From Thermosulfurimonas dismutans (lineage in GTDB: Bacteria; Desulfobacterota; Thermodesulfobacteria; Thermodesulfobacteriales; Thermodesulfobacteriaceae), in contig NZ_LWLG01000018.1 in the NCBI RefSeq assembly GCF_001652585.1, forward strand, positions 11,478 to 43,477: a DNA stretch of 32,000 nucleotides, in the 5' to 3' direction. A program made the translations under genes and the position numbers. Below, piece by piece: positions 8,073 through 16,954 of the stretch (positions are counted from its first letter, which is position 1; each line of letters starts with the position of its first letter). The notes under the pieces were generated by a model. That model was not told where the DNA came from. It was given only the letters and a program-made list of their open reading frames with translations, and did not search any database.

Positions 8073-9650
8073 ATGGGAATAATTCGTAAACTAGAAAATT
8101 CTCTAAAACTATGGCAAAAAGTAGCTATAGGCTTTCTGATTTTAATTGTTCTTAGTCTAGTTAATCTGGGAGTGTTATTAGTCTTTCAAAACAAAGCCGA
8201 GAGACTTAATGAGAAAGCCCAGGAAGTTACTGAAATAATGGAGGCCCTAGATGGTCTTACAGCGTATCATATCCGTTGGAAGGTAAATCTCCTTACCGGA
8301 CTTTTAAATGAGAGTACACCTCAAATTTTAACGAATCCAGAAAAGTGTCCGTTAAAGGAACTTTTTTCCAGGCTTGAACCTTCCTCTCCCAAAGAGGCTG
8401 AATTGATAAAGAAAGGACTCGAACTTGACCGAGCCTTGCATCTTTCGGCTGCAGAAATTGCGAGACTCTTTGAGGAAGAAGCCGATTATGAGGATATAGT
8501 TAAGGTGTATAACGAAAGAACCAATCCACTTTCTAAGAAACTTTTCAAGCTTCTTGATGAGATGAATGAAATCTATAAAGAAAAAGTTAAAAGAAGTGAA
8601 CAAGAAGCCAAGAGGGGTATGTTGTTGGTTCGCCGGGTGGCCATAGGCGCCAATCTTTTTTTAATATTAATGGCGATTTTGACGGTCTTTTTTATTTCGA
8701 GAAGGCTTAAGATTGCTACAGATAGAGTTCTTGCGGTCGTAGATCGTATGGCCCAAGGAGATTTCTCTCAGGATATTAAGGTCGAAGGTCGGGACGAGCT
8801 GGCCATGCTTCTTTTGCATCTGGGACAGATGTTGCAGTCTTTGCGTCCCCTTATAAGGGAGGTTACCGAAGGCACGAGAGAGGTGGAAAGCCTTGCTGGG
8901 GAGATGAGTCATCTGGCTGAAGTGGCGTATCAGGAAGGACAGGCCGCTGGTGAGCGGGCCACCCGTATGCGAAAAGAGGCCCAGGCCGTCCTTGAAAGTG
9001 TGGAGGCCGAGGCCCAGTCTATAAATGAAATTTCGTCTGCCATTCAAGAAATTAGTCAGAATACGAACCGAGCTAGTATGATTACCAAAGAAGCCGTAGA
9101 GAAGGCTCAGAGAGCTCAAGACACCATACATCGACTGGGAGGAGCCTCTCAAGAGATCGAAGATGTCATCAAGATCATAAGTGGCATAGCGGAGCAAACC
9201 AAGTTCTTGGCCCTGAACGCCACTATCGAGGCCGCTCGAGCCGGAGAAGCTGGCAAGGGCTTTGCGGTGGTGGCCAACGAAGTCAAAGAGCTTGCTCGTC
9301 AGACGGCGGAGGCCACGGGGCAAATTACGGAAAAGATACGGACTATGCAAGCCGAAAGTGAAGAAGCAGTCAAAGTAGCCGATGAGATTGCCCAAACCAT
9401 TAAAGAAATAGATGATATCGCTTCCGCCATCGCGGCCGCAGTCGAGGAACAGACGGCTGTGATTACCGATATTGCAAGAAGTGTAGAGGAGCAAAAGGGA
9501 GGGGCCCAAAGGTTTGCGGCCGAGGCGGAGGAGGCCTACGAAGCTGCTCAAAAGACCCTTGAGGGGATCGATCAGAGCCTAGAACACATAAGGAAAGTTG
9601 CGGCTCTAGTCAAAAAATTGGCTGAGGCGGTTTCAAGATTTAAGGTGTAA
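8073..9650 (+). CDS. Methyl-accepting chemotaxis protein (two TM helices, extracytoplasmic helical sensor, HAMP, signalling domain)
   Basis: Canonical hairpin-tip motif [34 protein letters not shown] helices at about aa 17-38 and 189-209, with a HAMP after TM2. GGAGG lies 4 nt upstream of the ATG. Confidence 0.93.
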   Translation: MGIIRKLENSLKLWQKVAIGFLILIVLSLVNLGVLLVFQNKAERLNEKAQEVTEIMEALDGLTAYHIRWKVNLLTGLLNESTPQILTNPEKCPLKELFSRLEPSSPKEAELIKKGLELDRALHLSAAEIARLFEEEADYEDIVKVYNERTNPLSKKLFKLLDEMNEIYKEKVKRSEQEAKRGMLLVRRVAIGANLFLILMAILTVFFISRRLKIATDRVLAVVDRMAQGDFSQDIKVEGRDELAMLLLHLGQMLQSLRPLIREVTEGTREVESLAGEMSHLAEVAYQEGQAAGERATRMRKEAQAVLESVEAEAQSINEISSAIQEISQNTNRASMITKEAVEKAQRAQDTIHRLGGASQEIEDVIKIISGIAEQTKFLALNATIEAARAGEAGKGFAVVANEVKELARQTAEATGQITEKIRTMQAESEEAVKVADEIAQTIKEIDDIASAIAAAVEEQTAVITDIARSVEEQKGGAQRFAAEAEEAYEAAQKTLEGIDQSLEHIRKVAALVKKLAEAVSRFKV

Positions 9651-9667
9651 TATCATCATGAAAGGTA

Positions 9668-11065
9668 ATGAGAGAGATGCGGTATATTAGCACTCGTGGG
9701 GGCATTGCCCCTCTTTCTTTTAAGGAGACGGTTCTTACCGGCCTAGCCGAGGACGGAGGGCTTATCCTTCCGGAAAGGATACCTGTGCTTTCCGCAGAGG
9801 AGAAAAAAGCCCTTCGTGATCTCCCCTATCAAGATTTGGCCTTTAAGGTCTTTCAGTACTTTGTTACCGATATTCCGGAAGAAGATCTCCAGCGTCTAGT
9901 TAACAAGGCCTATGCGACTTTTACCCATCCCGACATTACCCCGGTAGTGAAAAAAGGACCGGTTTGGATTTTGGAGCTCTTTCACGGGCCTACGTTGGCT
10001 TTTAAGGACGTGGCCCTCCAATTTTTGGGACACCTCTTCGAATACCTCCTTTCCGAACGTGGTGAAAAGATGAATATTTTGGGGGCCACCTCGGGGGATA
10101 CGGGGTCGGCCGCCATCTATGGGGTAAGGGGGAAGAAGAACCTAGCTATCTTTATCCTTCATCCCCACGGGCGGGTTTCTCCGGTTCAGGCCCTTCAGAT
10201 GACTACTGTTACCGATCCTAACGTTTTCAATTTGGCCATTAAAGGCACCTTTGACGACTGTCAGGCTATTGTGAAGCTTCTTTTCTCGGATCTTGAGTTT
10301 AAGCATCGTTATCGCTTGGGGGCCGTAAATTCCATAAACTGGGCCCGAGTATTGGCTCAGGTGGTATATTACCTCTTTGCATACTTCAGGGTTACCGAAG
10401 TTGAGGGTATAGAGGAGGTGCGGTTTTCGGTTCCCACCGGAAACTTCGGTGATATTTTTGCGGGCTATGTAGCTCGTCGTATGCTTTCCGGGGGGATAGA
10501 ACGTCTGGTGCTCGCTACCAATGAAAATGATATCCTTACTCGTTTTGTTAACCATGGGGACTACTCTTTGAGAGAGGTGGTGCCCACTATAAGTCCCTCG
10601 ATGGACATTCAGGTGGCTTCGAACTTCGAACGTTACCTATATTATCTCTACGGTGAGAACCCTATTCGGGTGCGAGAAGCCATGAGTCGTTTCGCTGAAG
10701 AAAAGCGCTTAGTCTTTTCGGAGGAAGAACTTTCCAGGGTAAGGGCAGATTTCCTTTCGCTTTCGGTTAGTCAGGAGGAAACTCTTCGGACTATCCGAGA
10801 GTTTTATGAGGAGACAAGCTATATTCTTGATCCTCACACTGCGGTGGGGGTGAGGGCTGGGCTTGCGTTTCGGGATGAACGGCCTATGATTTGTCTGGCC
10901 ACGGCTCATCCGGCCAAGTTTCCAGAGGCCGTGTCTCGGGCTTTGGGATTCGAACCTCCCATTCCCGAGCCTCTTCAGGGGCTTTCCGAAAAACCTCGCA
11001 AAGTAGTTCTCTTACCTGCTGATCCTCAAGTTGTTCGTCGTTTTATCGAGGAGAATGCTATTTAG
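9668..11065 (+). CDS. thrC: Threonine synthase
   Basis: MRYISTRG N-terminus and the PLP-lysine motif PTLAFKDVALQ, with length typical of long-form ThrC. The start could be ATG 9668 or ATG 9677. Confidence 0.93.
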   Translation: MREMRYISTRGGIAPLSFKETVLTGLAEDGGLILPERIPVLSAEEKKALRDLPYQDLAFKVFQYFVTDIPEEDLQRLVNKAYATFTHPDITPVVKKGPVWILELFHGPTLAFKDVALQFLGHLFEYLLSERGEKMNILGATSGDTGSAAIYGVRGKKNLAIFILHPHGRVSPVQALQMTTVTDPNVFNLAIKGTFDDCQAIVKLLFSDLEFKHRYRLGAVNSINWARVLAQVVYYLFAYFRVTEVEGIEEVRFSVPTGNFGDIFAGYVARRMLSGGIERLVLATNENDILTRFVNHGDYSLREVVPTISPSMDIQVASNFERYLYYLYGENPIRVREAMSRFAEEKRLVFSEEELSRVRADFLSLSVSQEETLRTIREFYEETSYILDPHTAVGVRAGLAFRDERPMICLATAHPAKFPEAVSRALGFEPPIPEPLQGLSEKPRKVVLLPADPQVVRRFIEENAI

Positions 11066-11068
11066 ACC

Positions 11069-11096
11069 TTGACAAAGTTTTTTAGTAGATTAATAT
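11069..11096 (+). promoter_or_regulatory. Candidate sigma70-type promoter of the rrf2 gene (TTGACA-16-TAATAT)
   Basis: Consensus TTGACA at 11069-11074 and TAATAT at 11091-11096, about 30 nt upstream of the rrf2 ATG. Confidence 0.55.
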
Positions 11097-11124
11097 TATC
11101 TTCAAAAGTTTACGGGGTTAGATC

Positions 11125-11571
11125 ATGAAAATCACGCAGGCTGAGGATTACGGGATAAGGTGTATACTTTATCTATCGCGCTATCCGAAAAAGGTAGTCC
11201 CTCGTTGGCGGATTGCCCGTTCAATGGATATCCCGGAGCCCTTTCTAGCTAAAATTGCTCAGGATTTGGCCCGTGCTGGAATTATAGAGATCATTAGAGG
11301 CCGCAAGGGGGGATACCGTCTCAGAATTCCTCCGGAGGAGCTTTCCGTGCTCCAAGTCATGGAGGCTATGAGTGGTGAGATGTTTCTTAGTCCGTGTGTG
11401 CTTGACCCTGAAAATTGTCGCCGCAGTCCCCTATGTCCGGTGCACGAAACCTGGAAAGAGCTTAGGAAGCTGATTCGTGATAAACTTGAGAATGCGAAGT
11501 TTTCAGATCTGGTCAAGAGAGAGTCTTGTCTAATCGACCAACGGCGTAAGAGATCTAAAAATCCTTCTTAA
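11125..11571 (+). CDS. Rrf2 family transcriptional regulator with IscR-like Fe-S ligand set
   Basis: N-terminal wHTH (MKITQAEDYGIRCILYL...) and C-x6-C-x5-C-x2-H (CVLDPENCRRSPLCPVH), the cluster-ligand pattern of IscR/NsrR-type Rrf2 proteins. Confidence 0.9.
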   Translation: MKITQAEDYGIRCILYLSRYPKKVVPRWRIARSMDIPEPFLAKIAQDLARAGIIEIIRGRKGGYRLRIPPEELSVLQVMEAMSGEMFLSPCVLDPENCRRSPLCPVHETWKELRKLIRDKLENAKFSDLVKRESCLIDQRRKRSKNPS

Positions 11572-11611
11572 AGGGGGGTGATATTTATGAAAGTATAACG
11601 TTTTTATGCCT

Positions 11612-11647
11612 AATTAGTTTAAAATTAGATCTAATTTTAAACTAATT
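11612..11647. promoter_or_regulatory. 36-bp perfect palindrome (candidate operator) immediately upstream of the cydA ribosome-binding site
   Basis: AATTAGTTTAAAATTAGA|TCTAATTTTAAACTAATT has zero mismatches. ATTAG at 11613 and 11624 is mirrored by CTAAT at 11631 and 11642. The palindrome ends 5 nt before AAGGAGG (11653-11659). Confidence 0.6.
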
Positions 11648-11668
11648 TTATTAAGGAGGTGAATAAAG

Positions 11669-12970
11669 ATGGATGTCCTTTGGGCTTCAAGGTTACAGTT
11701 TGCGGCTGCGGCTTTTTTTCATTTTCTCTTTGTGCCTTTGACCCTAGGTCTTTCTATTCTTACAGCTATTTACGAAACTCTCTATCTTAAAAAGGGTGAT
11801 GAGGACTATAAGCGGGCGGCCAAGTTTTGGGGAAGGCTTTTTCTGATCAATTTTGCCCTGGGAGTGGTTACCGGAATTACTTTGGAGTTTCAGTTCGGGA
11901 CCAACTGGCGTTACTATTCGGAGTATGTAGGAGATATTTTTGGGTCGCTTTTGGCCATCGAGGCCACCCTGGCCTTTTTCCTGGAGTCCACCTTTATTGC
12001 GGTCTGGGCCTTTGGCTGGAATCGAGTCTCGCCTAAAGTACACTGCCTGGCCATTTGGCTCACCGCTATCGCTTCTAATATTTCGGCCCTCTGGATCCTC
12101 ATTGCCAACGGTTGGATGCAGCATCCGGTGGGTTTTGTGATTCGGAACGGTCGGGCGGAGCTCAAGAGCTTTGCGGAAGTGGTCTTTAATAAGTTCGCCT
12201 GGCTAGAGTTCCTGCATACTGTGCCGGCGGCTTACGTCCTTTCGGGATTTTTTGTGCTTGGGGTTTCGGCCTGGCATCTCCTAAGGAAAAACGAAGTGGA
12301 ATTCTTCAAAAAGAGCTTTCGAGTGGCCGCCGTCTGGACGGCCATTTTTGCCCTTTTTGTCTTTATAGAAGGCCACTTGCATGGCTCGGAGGTGGCCCAC
12401 ACTCAGCCTACCAAGCTTGCGGCCATGGAGGCCCTTTGGGAGACGGAAAAGGGTGCTCCTTTTGCCCTATTTGCCATTCCGGATGAGGAAAACGAGCGGA
12501 ATCTTTTGGAGATAAAGATACCAAAAGTTCTGAGTCTGCTAGCTTTTCACTCCCCGGAGGCCGAGGTCAAAGGGCTTAAAGCCTTTCCTAAAGAGGAGCG
12601 CCCGCCGGTGGAGTTGACCTACTGGTCTTTTCGAATCATGGTGGGATTGGGTATCTGGTTTGTAATTCTTGCCTTTTGGGCCTTTAAGAACCGAGAAAAT
12701 CCACTCCTCGCCCCGAAGATGTTAAAGGCCCTGATCTTTACCATACCTCTTCCTTATATAGCTATCGAGGCTGGCTGGACGGTGGCCGAGGTTGGGCGTC
12801 AGCCTTGGATCGTCTATGGTATGATGAAGACTGCGGAGGCGGTCTCTCCGATTTCTTCAGCGCAGGTAACCATTACGCTTCTGGCTTTTCTGGTCTTCTA
12901 TACCGTTTTAGGGGTTATCGATTTCTGGCTCCTTGCGCACTATGCCAGAAAAGGTCCTGAGCCTAGGTAA
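11669..12970 (+). CDS. cydA: Cytochrome bd-type quinol oxidase subunit I (short Q-loop type)
   Basis: N-terminus SRLQFAAAAFFHFLFVPLTLGL and the GRQPWIVYG signature, with ~9 TM helices. Strong SD AAGGAGG. Confidence 0.95.
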   Translation: MDVLWASRLQFAAAAFFHFLFVPLTLGLSILTAIYETLYLKKGDEDYKRAAKFWGRLFLINFALGVVTGITLEFQFGTNWRYYSEYVGDIFGSLLAIEATLAFFLESTFIAVWAFGWNRVSPKVHCLAIWLTAIASNISALWILIANGWMQHPVGFVIRNGRAELKSFAEVVFNKFAWLEFLHTVPAAYVLSGFFVLGVSAWHLLRKNEVEFFKKSFRVAAVWTAIFALFVFIEGHLHGSEVAHTQPTKLAAMEALWETEKGAPFALFAIPDEENERNLLEIKIPKVLSLLAFHSPEAEVKGLKAFPKEERPPVELTYWSFRIMVGLGIWFVILAFWAFKNRENPLLAPKMLKALIFTIPLPYIAIEAGWTVAEVGRQPWIVYGMMKTAEAVSPISSAQVTITLLAFLVFYTVLGVIDFWLLAHYARKGPEPR

Positions 12971-13001
12971 GCTCAAATTTGGACGAAAGGAGGGATGAGT
13001 C

Positions 13002-14042
13002 ATGGAACATAACGTTTTTCAAATAATCTGGTTTGTGCTTTGGGGGGTATTGTGGGCTGTTTACTTTGTGCTGGACGGTTTTGATCTCGGGGCCGGGATC
13101 CTTCTGCCTTGTGTAGCTAAAAATGAAACCGAACGCCGGTCTATTTATCAGGCTATCGGTCCTTTTTGGGATGGAAACGAGGTCTGGTTGATTACCGCTG
13201 GAGGGGCCACCTTTGCGGCTTTTCCCAAAACCTATGCGGTAATGTTTAGTGGTCTTTACACCGCCCTGTATCTTCTGCTTTTTGCCCTGATCATTAGAGG
13301 TGTGGCCATAGAATTCCGGGGCAAGGTGGAGAGCCTGAGTTGGCGCAAATTTTGGGATTTCCTTTTCTGGATTGGTTCTCTGGTTCCGGCTTTGATTTTG
13401 GGGGTAGCTTTTGCCAATATCTTTAAGGGGATTCCCATTGATGAGAACGGTCTCTTTAAGGGATCGCTCCTAACCCTCCTTAATCCTTATGGACTTTTAG
13501 GAGGTGTGGTTTTTATTTTGGCCTTTGCGGTTCATGGAGCCACCTGGCTGGCCTTTAGAACGAATGGCGATTTGCGAGTTCGGCTTCTCAGGGATGCCAA
13601 GATCCTCTGGGTGTTCGAGCTGATCGTGGCGGTGGCCTTCATGCTCCTTTCCTTAAAACTTACCAACCTCTGGGGCAATTACCTCAAGGCTCCAGTGCTT
13701 TTCGTATTCCCACTTTTGGCTGTAGTGGGCTTGATGCTGATTCCGATCTTTCTTAATCGGGAGGCCATGCTCCAGGCCTTCCTGGCTTCTGGCCTTGCTA
13801 TCCTCGGTTTTACGGCCTGGGGAGTGGGAGGACTCTTTCCCAACCTCTTTCCCTCTAGCCTTAACCCCGAATGGTCACTTACCATCTTCAATAGCTCTTC
13901 GAGTCCCCTTACCCTCAAAATTATGACGGTGGTAGCTCTCATCTTTGTACCTATTGTGCTGGCCTATACTTTCTGGACTTACCGCACCTTCTCCTACCGG
14001 CTCACGGAGAAGGAAGTCGCTTACGAAGAGCCCCACTATTAA
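13002..14042 (+). CDS. cydB: Cytochrome bd-type quinol oxidase subunit II
   Basis: FWDGNEVWLI signature in a polytopic membrane protein. SD AAAGGAGGG, 31 nt after the cydA stop. Confidence 0.95.
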   Translation: MEHNVFQIIWFVLWGVLWAVYFVLDGFDLGAGILLPCVAKNETERRSIYQAIGPFWDGNEVWLITAGGATFAAFPKTYAVMFSGLYTALYLLLFALIIRGVAIEFRGKVESLSWRKFWDFLFWIGSLVPALILGVAFANIFKGIPIDENGLFKGSLLTLLNPYGLLGGVVFILAFAVHGATWLAFRTNGDLRVRLLRDAKILWVFELIVAVAFMLLSLKLTNLWGNYLKAPVLFVFPLLAVVGLMLIPIFLNREAMLQAFLASGLAILGFTAWGVGGLFPNLFPSSLNPEWSLTIFNSSSSPLTLKIMTVVALIFVPIVLAYTFWTYRTFSYRLTEKEVAYEEPHY

Positions 14043-14077
14043 TCCGACATTCAGCAACCCTGAGGAAATATTTAAAA

Positions 14078-14118
14078 GGGGTGAGGGCGGGAAGCCCTCT
14101 CCCCCCTTTTTGTGTTTT
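14078..14118 (+). terminator. Intrinsic terminator after cydB
   Basis: Stem GGGGTGAGGGC (14078-14088) / GCCCTCTCCCC (14094-14104) with one mismatch and a 5-nt loop, then CCTTTTTGTGTTTT. Confidence 0.8.
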
Positions 14119-14137
14119 AATCGGTCGACATTCTAGC

Positions 14138-14165
14138 TTGACAATTCGCTGGTCTTTCTTATAGT
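14138..14165 (+). promoter_or_regulatory. Candidate sigma70-type promoter of rho (TTGACA-16-TATAGT)
   Basis: TTGACA at 14138-14143 and TATAGT at 14160-14165. It gives a ~85-nt leader containing hairpin ATTCGGG-TCTTC-CCCGAAT (14176-14194) and a C-rich stretch. Confidence 0.6.
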
Positions 14166-14255
14166 TAAAAGTACCATTCGGGTCTTCCCCGAATTCTTTG
14201 GCCCACCCAAAAGGGGTTCAGAGTTTAAAACTTCAATTTTACCAAGGAGAATTTT

Positions 14256-15569
14256 ATGGCTGAGGAGACTCTTTTAAACGAAGAAGTGATCGAAGAATCC
14301 AAAGAAGAAGTGGAAATCATTGACATTTCAGATCTGAGGCGCAAGTCCCTTTCGGAATTGGTAACCGTAGCTGAAAGTTATGGCCTAGAGAACGCCTCTT
14401 CCATGCGAAAACAGGAGATCATTTCCTCTATTGTAAAGACTCATCTTGAGAAAGGCGGTGAGGTGAAAGGCGAAGGGGTGCTCGAGGTCCTTCCAGAGGG
14501 TTTTGGCTTTTTGAGGTTCCCGGATTACAGCTATTTACCAGGCCCGGAGGATATTTACGTTTCCCCTTCTCAGATTCGTCGTTTCGGGCTCAAGACTGGG
14601 GATACTATTACGGGTTACATTCGTCCTCCTAAGGAGGGCGAGAAATATTTTGCCCTTCTTAAAGTGGAAAAAATCAATTTTCAGTCTCCGGAGCGGGCCA
14701 GAACAAGGATTCCTTTTGATAATTTGACTCCCATTTATCCTGACGAGTGGCTTAGGCTAGAGACTGTCCCGGACAACTTTTCAACCCGCATCATAGATCT
14801 CTTTACACCTATTGGAAAAGGCCAACGTGGGCTAATTGTGGCCCCTCCGCGGACCGGAAAGACGATGTTGCTTCAGAATATTGCCAATGGCATTGCCAAA
14901 AACTATCCAGATATCTACCTCATTATCCTACTTATTGACGAGCGACCGGAAGAAGTTACAGACATGGAAAGGAATGTGCCGGCGGCAGAAGTCATTAGTT
15001 CCACCTTTGATGAACCTCCGCAGAGACATACTCAGGTAGCCGAAATCGTGGTCGAACGGGCCAAGCGCCTGGTGGAACATGGCTACGACGTGGTTATTTT
15101 GCTTGATAGTCTTACCCGCCTGGCACGGGCATATAACACCGTAGTTCCACCGAGCGGTAAACTCCTTTCAGGCGGTATCGACGCCAATGCCCTTCACAAG
15201 CCCAAGAGGTTTTTTGGGGCTGCCCGTAATATCGAGGAAGGTGGAAGTCTTACCATTATCGCCACCTGTCTCATCGATACCGGAAGTCGAATGGATGAGG
15301 TTATTTTTGAGGAGTTCAAGGGGACCGGCAACCTAGAGATCCATCTGGATCGCCGACTTGCGGACCGTCGGATCTGGCCGGCTATTGATATCCATCATAG
15401 CGGAACCCGGAAGGAGGAGTTACTTCTACCTCCGGAAATTCTTCATAGGGTCTGGTTACTGCGGAAGGTTCTCTCGCCACTCAATCCTGTGGACTGTATG
15501 GAGTTCTTGCTGGATAAGATGAAGGATACCAAAAATAACGCCGAGTTCCTGGCTTCCATGAATCAATAA
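14256..15569 (+). CDS. rho: Transcription termination factor Rho
   Basis: [14 protein letters not shown] (RNA-binding CSD-like domain), Walker A PPRTGKT, and the RecA-type ATPase core. SD AAGGAG. Confidence 0.96.
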   Translation: MAEETLLNEEVIEESKEEVEIIDISDLRRKSLSELVTVAESYGLENASSMRKQEIISSIVKTHLEKGGEVKGEGVLEVLPEGFGFLRFPDYSYLPGPEDIYVSPSQIRRFGLKTGDTITGYIRPPKEGEKYFALLKVEKINFQSPERARTRIPFDNLTPIYPDEWLRLETVPDNFSTRIIDLFTPIGKGQRGLIVAPPRTGKTMLLQNIANGIAKNYPDIYLIILLIDERPEEVTDMERNVPAAEVISSTFDEPPQRHTQVAEIVVERAKRLVEHGYDVVILLDSLTRLARAYNTVVPPSGKLLSGGIDANALHKPKRFFGAARNIEEGGSLTIIATCLIDTGSRMDEVIFEEFKGTGNLEIHLDRRLADRRIWPAIDIHHSGTRKEELLLPPEILHRVWLLRKVLSPLNPVDCMEFLLDKMKDTKNNAEFLASMNQ

Positions 15570-15616
15570 ATGGGTTATAGTATCAATTTGGTGAATATTG
15601 GTAAGGGAGGGAGATT

Positions 15617-15844
15617 ATGAAGAAGGGTATCCATCCGGAGTATTATCCGGAGGCGGTAGTAAGGTGCGCCTGCGGGAACGAGCTCAAGGTGGGAGCTACT
15701 CGGCCGGAGATTCGGGTTGAGGTTTGTTCCAAGTGTCATCCTTTCTTTACCGGGGAGCAGAGGTTTGTGGATACCGAAGGGCGTGTAGAAAAATTCATGA
15801 AAAAGTATGCCGAATACTACGAAAAGCAGGAGAAGCAATCCTAA
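15617..15844 (+). CDS. rpmE: 50S ribosomal protein L31 (zinc-binding type A)
   Basis: [10 protein letters not shown]-terminus with the Cys pairs CAC and [10 protein letters not shown]. Confidence 0.95.
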   Translation: MKKGIHPEYYPEAVVRCACGNELKVGATRPEIRVEVCSKCHPFFTGEQRFVDTEGRVEKFMKKYAEYYEKQEKQS

Positions 15845-15847
15845 GAT

Positions 15848-16954
15848 ATGGCCCTTTCGGAATTATATCTTACTAAACTAGCGGAAGTAGAAAGGCGGTT
15901 TGCGGAGCTTTCTGAGAAACTTTCGGATCCGGAGTTGGTCTCCGATAGGGAGAAGTATGCGCGGCTGGCGCGAGAACACGCCGAGCTCGAAAGGATCGTA
16001 GAGGCCTACCAGGAATACAAAAAGGCTTTGAAGGAGATTGCCGAAAACAAGGAACTTCTTGAAGACGGGGATGAGGAGATCCGCGAGCTCGCTAAAGAGG
16101 AAATAAAGCGTCTCTCAGAACGGGTGGAGGCCCTTGAGAAGGAGTTGCCCCTTCTCCTTCTACCCAAGGATCCCAACGACGAAAAGAGTGTTATCCTCGA
16201 GATCAGGGCTGGTGCCGGTGGAGAAGAAGCTGCTCTTTTTGCTGCTGATCTCCTACGAATGTATGCCCGCTATGCGGAAAGACAGGGCTGGAAAATAGAG
16301 GTGCTTTCAGCCAATGAGACGGGGTTGGGAGGTTTTAAAGAAGTTATTGCCCGGATTGATGGCCTTGGGGCTTATAGTCGTCTAAAGTATGAAAGTGGGG
16401 TTCATCGGGTTCAGCGTATCCCGGTCACGGAAAGTGGGGGCCGTATCCATACCTCTACGGTGACGGTGGCGGTTCTGCCCGAAGCCGACGAGGTAGAGAT
16501 AGATATAAAACCCGATGAACTCAAGATTGAAACCATGCGGGCCTCAGGGCACGGTGGCCAACACGTAAACCGTACGGAGAGTGCCGTACGCATCACACAT
16601 CTTCCCACTGGAATTACAGTTTACTGTGCCAACGAGCGCAGTCAGCATCAGAATCGGGCTACGGCCATGAAGATCCTACGGGCCCGGCTTTACGAAAAAG
16701 CCCTACGGGAGCAACAAGAAAAGATCCAGGCCGAGCGCCGGAGCCAGGTGGGCACTGGCGACCGGAGCGAACGTATACGGACTTACAATTTTCCACAGAA
16801 CCGCGTCACGGATCATCGCATAGGCCTTACCCTTTATCGTTTAGAAGAAATCTTGGACGGCGATTTGGACGAGATTATTGACGCCCTAATTACCCATTTC
16901 CGCACCGAAGCCTTGAAACAGGAAGAAGAGGCTCTTCTCAAAAAGGCGGCATGA
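15848..16954 (+). CDS. prfA: Peptide chain release factor 1
   Basis: [19 protein letters not shown] (GGQ loop) and the RF1-type PVT tripeptide (RIPVTES). No frameshift site, consistent with RF1 rather than RF2. Confidence 0.96.
   Translation: MALSELYLTKLAEVERRFAELSEKLSDPELVSDREKYARLAREHAELERIVEAYQEYKKALKEIAENKELLEDGDEEIRELAKEEIKRLSERVEALEKELPLLLLPKDPNDEKSVILEIRAGAGGEEAALFAADLLRMYARYAERQGWKIEVLSANETGLGGFKEVIARIDGLGAYSRLKYESGVHRVQRIPVTESGGRIHTSTVTVAVLPEADEVEIDIKPDELKIETMRASGHGGQHVNRTESAVRITHLPTGITVYCANERSQHQNRATAMKILRARLYEKALREQQEKIQAERRSQVGTGDRSERIRTYNFPQNRVTDHRIGLTLYRLEEILDGDLDEIIDALITHFRTEALKQEEEALLKKAA

Noticed and set aside
8667-9551. 294-aa ORF antisense to the MCP gene
   Set aside because: The plus strand carries an unmistakable MCP signalling domain. 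Ala/Glu-rich coiled-coil codons (GCN/GAR) typically leave stop-free antisense frames. The antisense product is low-complexity (Ser/Leu/Gly/Arg-rich) with no recognisable motif or SD.
11612-11647. Interpretation of the 36-bp palindrome as an RNA terminator or attenuator hairpin for the rrf2 transcript
   Set aside because: The stem would be 17 bp and A/U-dominated (only three G-C pairs) with a 2-nt loop, so it would be weak, especially at high growth temperature. It is followed by the cydA SD rather than a U-tract. A DNA operator is the more economical reading, though RNA-level function is not excluded.
13945-14136. 63-aa ORF overlapping the cydB 3' end, considered as a CydX/CydS-like small subunit
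   Set aside because: It overlaps cydB out of frame for about 100 nt and runs through the terminator hairpin. It has no SD and no full-length hydrophobic helix of the kind small bd-oxidase subunits have.
15848-16954. Programmed +1 frameshift of the release-factor gene
   Set aside because: That mechanism belongs to prfB (RF2). This gene is a single uninterrupted ORF with the RF1-type PVT tripeptide.
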